A stretch of 64,000 bases of DNA, taken from positions 36,828,001 through 36,892,000 of the forward strand of contig OX597834.1 of the NCBI GenBank assembly GCA_951406725.2, written 5' to 3'. The DNA is from Octopus vulgaris (lineage: Eukaryota). Positions 54,961-64,000 of the stretch are shown piece after piece. The notes below the pieces were generated by a model, which did not search any database, was not told where the DNA came from, and saw only the letters and a list, made by a program, of their open reading frames with translations. Made by a program: the position numbers and the translations under genes. Every line of letters starts with the position of its first letter. The first letter of the stretch is position 1.

Positions 54961-55259
54961 CATCTGTGAGACATGGGCCCTTTACAAACGTCATGTGAAT
55001 GTCCTCGAACGTTTTCATCAGAGACGCCTGAGACATATTCGGAATGTTGGCTGGACCTTAAAAGCTCCAGACACACAGGTCTTGAGGACAGCTAATATCT
55101 TGAGTAGTGAGGCGATGGTGCACAAGCAGCGGTTACGTTGGACTGGACACCTTATTAGAATGAAGGATTGTACGATCCCTAAATAGATGCTATAGGGGGA
55201 ACTTGTCAGTGGAAACGAGACCCCGGCAGAAACCGAGGCTGCGATTTAAGGACTGTGTT
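54961..55259 (+). mobile_element. RTE-type LINE internal fragment, inverted relative to the adjacent 3' terminus
   Basis: CETWALYKRHVNVLERFHQRRLRHI...QRLRWTGHLIRMKD..IPK...GEL...KPRLRFKDC. Confidence 0.85.
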
Positions 55260-55296
55260 TATATACATATATATACATACATACAAACATAGCTCT

Positions 55297-55332
<36 letters not shown>

Positions 55333-55764
55333 TCAAGCGTATATGTATAGCTATATATGTGTGTGTATGTGTATGTGCGTGTATGTACATGTATATACGT
55401 GTACAATTTGTAAAGGGAAGAAGAAATGTATGCTCAATACAAGGTTAAAGTATATTGTTTATTTAAAACTGCATTCTTTTTCTCGGGACCAGAGCTTATT
55501 GCCATTTCAACTATTCGAGTGTGTGTGTGTGTGTGTGTGAGTGTGTGTGTCTGTATGAATGCGTGTACACGTGTACATATGTGTGTGTGTTTCTGGGTGA
55601 GTGAGTGTGTGTGTATGTGTGTATATGTGAATGTGAATGCGTGTGTGTATGTATATCCATACATATTCAAATACATATATGGAAAGACGTAGTCCACACA
55701 CACACACATACATATATATAAGTGTATAGACATAATATTGTATATGCATATTTATATATGTATA

Positions 55765-55808
<44 letters not shown>

Positions 55809-56388
55809 GGTGTGTGTGTGTTTGTATGTATATGTGTATCTATGTGTAAATGCCTGTCTGTATGTAGGCATGTTGCTATATATATATATAGGTATGTATG
55901 TATATACATTCGTATCTGTATAATTGTATTCACAACTAGAAAGATGTTTATTTTTGTTTGCCTTTCTTCGTTTATATTTGAGTGTTTTTGGCTGCAATTA
56001 GCGTCGTTTAAAACCATTCCAATCCGTCTTGTAGAATCAGGCTGTCAGCCATTCCATACAATCTTCATTTGAGGAAACATTGTATGAAGAATTGGATTGT
56101 ACAAATGTCTGGTAACTCAAGTAACTGTCTGTCAGCTGGACTGGTGGCTGTGACATGTAAGTCTGTCTGTCTGTCTGTCTGTCTATCTCTCATACACAGG
56201 CACACACACACAAACAAAAACATATACGCATGTGTATAAACCGATACATACTTGTATAAATATACATGCTTGTATGCATATCTGTGTTCATATCTAATGT
56301 GTATATATATATATATATAAATATATATATATGTGCGTGTGAGAGAGAGAGAGAGAGAGAGAGAGATGTGCAGATTCATACACACTAC

Positions 56389-56435
<47 letters not shown>

Positions 56436-56497
56436 TAAAACCGGTAAGATAACAAAAGAATGGAAGAGACCTCAATATTATGTAAATAGAGGAAATT

Positions 56498-56583
<86 letters not shown>

Positions 56584-56604
56584 CGTGTGTGTGTGTGTGT
56601 AGAG

Positions 56605-56793
56605 CAGTGGTTTTCAACCAGGGTTCCGCCAGTACAGTCCAGGGGTTCCGCAAGAAGTTACAAAACTGCTAAATTCGGCAGTAATTTTTAATTCTCCTGT
56701 GCATAAGACTATTAAATTATTACACAGGGGTTCCTTGAGCCAGTGGAATGTTTCTTTGGGGTTCCACTCCAGCAAAAAGTTTGAAAAGCACTG
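56605..56793. mobile_element. hAT (Charlie/Buster-type) MITE, 189 bp
   Basis: TIRs CAGTGGTTTTCAACC / GTTTGAAAAGCACTG; perfect 8-bp TSD GTGTAGAG (56597-56604 and 56794-56801) with central TA; internal GGGGTTCC repeats. Confidence 0.9.
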
Positions 56794-56828
56794 GTGTAGA
56801 GAGATGTACAGATTCATACACACTACAG

Positions 56829-56859
<31 letters not shown>

Positions 56860-56972
56860 TTAGATATGAACGCAGATATGCATATAAGCCTTTATATTTA
56901 TATAAGTATGTATTCGTTTATACACATGCGTATATGTTTTTGTTTGTGTGTGCCTGTGTATGAGAGAAGTAC

Positions 56973-57011
<39 letters not shown>

Positions 57012-57266
57012 GGGCAACTGGTGGTGTCCGCAAAATAGGGTTTTCTTGCGGAGAATTAGGAACGAGAGCTAAAAAACTGAAACAACACAAAACAAGCAAA
57101 ACCACACAGAATGTAATTTAGGACGGTGGACGACGACGAACAGTCGAACAAATTACGGCCTTGGGGCCTAGGTGAGAAGAATGGTGGGTAACGCTTAGAA
57201 AATGCATTGAAGGATGGAAACGAGCGAGACACAGAATTTGCGATACATACATACATGCATGCATAT

Positions 57267-57311
<45 letters not shown>

Positions 57312-57357
57312 CACACACATTTATATACATATATATACATATATATACATATATATG

Positions 57358-57477
57358 TTGGCCTGCTCGCTTAGCCAGCGGGGTGGCGTCATTCGAAGGC
57401 TAAAACAATGCGAACGCATTGTGACCAGCGATGTGTAACAACATCTCATGGTCTGGTCGGTCACTTGATCACGTGAT
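57358..57477 (+). mobile_element. SINE family C, 3' part
   Basis: Near-identical to 19884-20003. Confidence 0.85.
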
Positions 57478-57689
57478 ATATGTATGTATATATATATATT
57501 ATTTATCTATCTATATATGCATACACACAAGCACTCATAAATATTTGCCTTTTACATTTTGCCGTTCTAGTCATTGAGCTGCGCCCATGCTGGGGCACAG
57601 CCTTGAAGATTTCAGTCGCACATATCTATCCCAGTACTTAGGTTTCACTAAGTTACGCGCGCACACACACACACAAACACACACACACA

Positions 57690-57733
<44 letters not shown>

Positions 57734-58255
57734 ACAATGAGTTTACAAAAAATTATCGGAAAACTTCAAAATATATTTACAATCCTAGAATAATACGATA
57801 AAATGATAAAAGAAAGAAAAAATAATGCTATCGTTAACCTTAATAAACACTTGGTGTTAGATACCAGATGACGGCAATTTGCATTCAAATACTACGGCCG
57901 GCAAGACTCGAGATATCACGCAGTCTATTTCTACTGTTCGTATATATACATATGTACATATGTATATTATACAAAGCTGTGAACAACGTTTCGCGAGAAT
58001 TCACTGATGAGAAAGAAAAGGGTTAGGAATATTCTTAGAAGAATTTCAAGAGCACGAAAATGTTTCGTGAATGCAATTCCACATTCGTAGAATATCGCAG
58101 ACTGAATGTTTATCCATAATTACTTGCACACGTTCGCGCTTAGCTTCTAAATCAATTCTAAGTGTAATGAATTTTTTCTGTTTTTTTTTTTTTTTTCTTT
58201 CAATTATATATATATTTTCTTTCAAGTATATATTTCTTTCTTTCAATTCTAAATA

Positions 58256-58425
58256 GGCGCTGGTATGAATGTGTGGTTCGGAAGCTTGTTTTGCAACCAC
58301 GTGGTTTTGGGTTTAAGCTTTATTACGCGGCACCTTGGGCAAGCGTCCTCTATTATAGCCCCGGGCCGACCAATGCATTCTGAGTGAACTTGGTGAGCAA
58401 AAACTGTGTGAAAGCCCGTCGTATA
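58256..58425 (+). mobile_element. SINE family A, 5' half, diverged
   Basis: Homology. Confidence 0.75.
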
Positions 58426-58442
58426 TATATATGTATATATAC

Positions 58443-58476
<34 letters not shown>

Positions 58477-58477
58477 C

Positions 58478-58509
<32 letters not shown>

Positions 58510-58553
58510 GTACATATATATATATACATGTATATATATATGTATATGTATAC

Positions 58554-58584
<31 letters not shown>

Positions 58585-58629
58585 CAATATATATATACAT
58601 ATATATTTGTACATATATACATTTATATG

Positions 58630-58696
<67 letters not shown>

Positions 58697-58875
58697 GTAT
58701 ATATGTATATATATATATATGCGACTTCCTGTGGGAGTGTATGTAAGTAAATGTGCATACGTTTCCGAATGCATTTGCAAATATAAATAAATCTATGACT
58801 TATGTGCAATAAGAGTGAAGTTTATTTGCTGATGTGCTGCGGCGTGGCACATCTGAAAGAAAATCAAAATACGAA

Positions 58876-59342
58876 TTAAAAGGAGATCTAGATTAATATA
58901 AACATTATCGGTCATACATTCATAGTGCATATATTTTGCCTATTTTACCTATTTTGCTGCAGGATATCGTCAGGGGAAAGTTCCCTAAGCGACCCTAAGA
59001 TTTAAATATCACATAAATGTCACAAGGACCAGGCGGAACAGCAGGCCTCGGAATCACTGAGAATCGATCATATCGATATTTCACCAATTCGAATATGATC
59101 CGGCTACGTAATATTGATAATCCGCATTATCGGCGGCGAAATATCGATATCTCCCATTTTCAGTGGCACTGATGCCAGTTGTCTCACCTGGTCCGTAACA
59201 TTCAGGAGTTTTTTTTTAACACACGGCGTCGTTACGGGAACTTTCTCCGGACGTTATCTCGCAGCAAATTTGGCGTATAAACAAAACACATTGACTATAT
59301 ATGTGCGACCAATAGTGTTTATATTACTCTGCTTCTTATTAA
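58876..59342. mobile_element. Long imperfect palindromic (fold-back) element, possibly an old TTAA-type MITE
   Basis: Left arm aligns to the reverse complement of the right arm over ~230 bp; centre ~59112; TTAA at both ends. Confidence 0.7.
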
Positions 59343-59359
59343 AAATTATATATATATAC

Positions 59360-59515
59360 GGAGTGGTTGTGTGGTAAGTAGCTTGCTAACCAACCACATG
59401 GTTCCAGGTTCAGTCCCACTGCGTGACACCTTGGGCAAGTGTCTTCTGCTATAGCTCCGGGCTGACCAATGCCTTGTGAGTGGATTTGGTAGACGGAAAC
59501 TGAAAGAAGCCTGTC

Positions 59516-59565
<50 letters not shown>

Positions 59566-59775
59566 ATTTGTGTGTGTGTGTTTGTCCCCCTAGCATTGCT
59601 TGACAACCGATGCTGGTGTGTTTACGTCCCCGCCACTTAGCGGTTCGGCAAAAGAGACCGATAGAATAAGTACTGGGCTTACAAAGAATAAGTCCTGGGG
59701 TCGATTTGCTCGACTAAAGGCGGTGCTCCAGCATGGCCGCAGTCAAATGACTGAAACAAGTAAAAGAGTAAAAGA

Positions 59776-59777
<2 letters not shown>
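59360..59777 (+). mobile_element. tRNA-derived SINE family A, full-length
   Basis: A/B-box-like head (GTGGTTGTGTGGTAAG...GGTTCAGTCCC), CORE-like CCTTGGGCAAGT, internal (TA)/(TG), tail ...GACTGAAACAAGTAAAAGAG; many copies in the window. Confidence 0.9.
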
Positions 59778-59825
<48 letters not shown>

Positions 59826-59831
<6 letters not shown>

Positions 59832-60232
59832 GCAATACAAGTGTATTACCTACCAGTAAAATAAAGCCCTATAAGGGTAGAATTATACATACAAAATCAG
59901 ATGAGTGGCACAACAAGGCACCAATATTTACTGGAAAATAGCAATTGATACAAATACGACGCTATTGTATAGCTTAACTGCGTATATACAAGCTAAGACG
60001 TGTGTGTGCAACAAACATGAAAAATTTGTCTTACCTCTAGGAAGAATATTCGATAAATGGACAACCAAGAATCGGATAATGCAGGACCGGTTTCTGACTC
60101 TTCAAATACGTTTGATAACGTAAATTTGATCAGTCTTCATCAGCTGAATTTACCTAGACAATATTTCAAACGTTGCCACATCAATGCCAGTATACTCGCC
60201 TGGACGCCTAGCCGTTCCAGTAAATATTGGTG

Positions 60233-60236
<4 letters not shown>
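59826..60236 (-). mobile_element. Putative non-autonomous Penelope-like element in (TA)n
   Basis: Hammerhead motif; 19-bp inverted end; (TA)n on both sides; TACCCT end motif shared with 7790-7815 and 19255-19290. Confidence 0.5.
60078..60150 (-). ncRNA. Minimal type I hammerhead ribozyme motif
   Basis: AATTCAG-CTGATGA-A-GACT...AGTC-A-GAAA-CCGG-TC-CTGCATT: conserved core, paired stems I and II, palindromic ACCGGT in place of stem III. Confidence 0.7.
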
Positions 60237-60280
<44 letters not shown>

Positions 60281-60456
60281 TAAAGTAGACAGGAAATGGA
60301 AAAATATTGACCAACAACAATTGACTAAATTCAATTATTGTTTTTTAATTCAATACAAATAGATGGGAAGCAGTCTATTTGTATTAAATTAAAAAACAAT
60401 AATTGATGTAAGTCAATTGTTGTTGATAAATATTTCTCCATTTCCTGTTTACTTTA

Positions 60457-60507
<51 letters not shown>

Positions 60508-60509
60508 CA

Positions 60510-60551
<42 letters not shown>

Positions 60552-60760
60552 CATACATATATATACATGTATATATGTATATATATATATACATACATAT
60601 GTATATGTGTCTGTATATTTATTTATATGTATATATATGCATATATATATATGTATATATACATATATATTTGTATATATATATATGTAAGTATATATAT
60701 ACATATATATATATGTATATATGTTGATATATATGTATATATGTATATATACGTATATAT

Positions 60761-60806
<46 letters not shown>

Positions 60807-61238
60807 GTTGTATATATATATATATGTATTCATTTATTACTACTATTTTATACATTCAGTTCAAATAAAATTTAAAATGTAGTTCTATCACCACATCTTG
60901 ACATACTTTGGTGAACCACAAATCTAAAGCAAACGAATAAAAAAAAATCAAGGCGAGAGCAACAGTTACAGACAAAAGTAATCGCACACTGGTAATTACA
61001 TATACACGCATATAAATGTAGGCATGCGTATATGCATGCAAAGTGTTACAGAGAGGGTAGTGATGAATGATCAATGCCAATTAGTTATTGCTACACTAAT
61101 CACTTTAATTAACGGCTAAAGATTAATGAGACACAAGAAAACATTAGTCATTCGGTTTGTCAGCATGTTCGTTCGTATGTACATGTGTACTATATATGTA
61201 TGCTGCATATATGTGTGTGTGCGCATGTATATATATGC

Positions 61239-61290
<52 letters not shown>

Positions 61291-61295
61291 GTATG

Positions 61296-61346
<51 letters not shown>

Positions 61347-61409
61347 ATATATACATGTATATATATATGCATGTACGTATAAATACATTTACAGACGCAC
61401 ACACATATA

Positions 61410-62160
61410 CAGGGTTGGTGAAAAGTAAGTAGGCATTAAAAAATGGTAATAAAATCCATATTCCTTTTACAAATTTATTGAAGCAAATGATACATGTTCT
61501 TTATTACATGGGAAAATGAAAGCAAATCTTCATATTTCAACGTAAGCACTGGTGGCGTCAACCATTTTCTTCAAACGGCCATGGATGGAATGAACAACAA
61601 CCTTCTGAAGGACGTCGTCTGGGATATCATTGAGAACCTCCTGAATCTAAGTCCACCAGTGTGCGAAGTTTTGTCTTTTACACGACCTCCTTTGTGTAAC
61701 TCTACCGGTAAATAAGACATGGAGTTAGATCTTGACTTCTGGACTTCCGCGGTCACAGTCTTCAGGTTTTAGCTCCTGCACATAATGGGGTTTCAATGGA
61801 CGAAAATTCAGTTCTTTATGCAACACCGTACATATTGTGTGTCTTCTTAGCCCTATTTCACGAACTGTCTGGGGTGTTGACTTTGGGCTGCAATTAAACC
61901 TTTCCTGCACTGTTGCTACGTCTTCCGCTAATCGGAATGTGGTTGGACGGCTACACCTTCTTGCATCGTTCACAGAGCCCGTGGTCATCAGTTTTGCATG
62001 ATGACTTTCTATTGTCTCCAGACATAGTGTTGCATGCTTAACTTTCCATACACACCACTATCGCTGAACCAAAACAATGGAATCCTACACTTCATAGCGT
62101 GCTGCTATCTTAGCTCGCTCCTGAACAGTCAAGCGACCCGTCGCGAATTGTTTTCCCACG
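61410..62160 (-). mobile_element. Decayed, internally deleted Tc1/mariner transposon (rosa/DD41D-like N-terminus)
   Basis: TA-CAGGGTTGGTG TIR start; TGSVNDARR..RP, SPKS, LHKELNFRPLKPHYVQELKPED; C-terminus IQEVLNDIPDDVLQKV...GRLKKMVDATSAYVEI*; stops in the N-terminal part; catalytic region missing. Confidence 0.8.
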
Positions 62161-62629
62161 AGAGTTCCGGACCCCAGTTATGAACTCATTTGCATACAGC
62201 CAACCAGAGCTCAACAATCAAACTAGTGTCCACCTAGTCCCGAAAATACTCTGGTTGAGTTCAGTGGAAAATGTGCGTTATAGCAAAATCGAACTGTTCT
62301 AAAGGGGTTAAGAGGGGAGACAAAGTGAAATTTAGTGTATAAAGTGAATGGAGAGTTGCTCACCGATGATGCCATAAGTGTTGCCAATTTGCGTAATTTG
62401 CTAGAAAATGTAAATGAGTTTAGTTTCCTAATTTTTTGACTGATTCTGTATATTCCTAATTAGAAATGTTGATGTTGATCTGGAAACATTGCAATCAATA
62501 TGGCGTTGTGTCGTATTGCGTCCTCCTTGCATATATCAATGGCTACAGGCAGTATCACTAATCTCAGTGGAATTGTGGAATAAATTCTCTCTCTCTCTCT
62601 CTCTCTCTCTTTCTTGCTTGCTTGCTCCC

Positions 62630-62840
62630 CTTGTCCACACAGTTGGTAAAATTGAGAGATACCTGTAATTCAAAGGGGCCAGCCTTCTCACATTCTGTGT
62701 CACGCTGAATGTACCTGAAAACTATATTAAGGGTATGCGTTTCTGAGGAGTACTCAGCCACTTGTACAGTAATTTCACCAGTAGTTTGTTTCATTGATTG
62801 GCTCAAATGGAACCCGCGTCGTCGTTACCGACGGAGGCCC
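62630..62840 (+). mobile_element. SINE family D, 3' part
   Basis: Homology to 26720-26924. Confidence 0.75.
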
Positions 62841-63169
62841 AGTTTTATACGACAGTTGGATAGGTTTCATCGTTTGTCTTAGAAGTTGTAACGATGTACT
62901 CAAGTTGGGTGGGAAAACGTAAATCACGGGGAGAGAGAGATGGGAGTGGAGAGATGTTTGTAGGAGAAGAATAAACATTGGTTTGGCGCCCAATTCCTCG
63001 ATTTCAAATAATAATTGGGCAATAACACGAAATATAGAATAAAGGGTGATAAAATATGAAACAAGCACAAGAAAAATATATACAAATGGTGGGGAGGGAG
63101 GGAGGGAGGGAGGGAGGGAGGGAGGGAGAAAAAGACCATAAATAAATATACTGATACATAGATACATAA

Positions 63170-63216
<47 letters not shown>

Positions 63217-63566
63217 CCTGTGTGTGTGAGTTAGTGTGCGCATGTGTGGGTGAAGGGAGAGAAAGAGGGATACAGACAAAATGTGTGTGTGGTGTGCTGT
63301 GTGTGTGTGTATGTGTGTGTATTTTATATTAGACGGAAAGCAAGTAAGCATATAAAAATAATATATATGTAGATTATAAGATATGCAAAGACGAATGATA
63401 CTGGTCTATATAATTAATCGGTATATAATAGCTAAAATATATACGTATATATATATATATATATATATATTTGTGTATATATATTGATATATATATATGT
63501 ATATATATTCATATATATATATTTGTTATATATATATATATATATATTTACATACATATATATATA

Positions 63567-63612
<46 letters not shown>

Positions 63613-63907
63613 AAATATATTTGACTTTATAGTATCTTCAACAATATGTTAGGAGAAGAAAGACGTCTGCTCTGATGATTTTTATTAGTGTTTTACCGAT
63701 GTTTATTATTATTGTTGGTGTTATTGTTGTTGTTGGTTTTTGTTGTTACCTTTTTGTTATTATAAAAGAAATCGCTACCGCCATTATAAACATCGCTCCC
63801 ATCAGCAGCAACCATTCCGTTTTATGTAAATCCCCCCCCCCACTCCACAATCTACTAGTGTCCTTGTACTGTCCCCCTCGTCCGTTGCCCTCGTGGCTAA
63901 GAAAAAT

Positions 63908-63939
<32 letters not shown>

Positions 63940-63961
63940 TATAATAATAATAATAATAATA

Positions 63962-64000
<39 letters not shown>

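Overview
AT-rich, microsatellite-saturated eukaryotic non-coding DNA (intron or intergenic). The repeat content strongly suggests a cephalopod, probably Octopus; this is an inference. No host protein-coding gene can be supported, and nearly all track ORFs are translations of (TA)n, (CA)n, (TATC)n, (CAT)n and (CAC)n arrays. Real coding remnants are all mobile elements: one slightly 5'-truncated but uninterrupted CR1-type LINE ORF2 (16265-19233, minus strand), fragments of RTE and R4/Dong LINEs, and two decayed Tc1/mariner transposases. There are also dozens of tRNA-derived SINE copies from at least four families, Helitron/Helentron-like elements and MITEs. The most unusual signal is a set of short non-coding islands inside (TA)n tracts. 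They carry hammerhead-ribozyme cores (best example 60078-60150, minus strand) and/or long fold-back ends, consistent with non-autonomous Penelope-like or retrozyme-like elements. Other highlights are a two-hairpin 3' tail with compensatory changes shared by the LINE and the dominant SINE, a ~465 bp fold-back element, a twin-priming-type RTE inversion, and a degenerate TTAGGG array bracketed by a 10-bp inverted repeat. All coordinates and alignments were read by eye.
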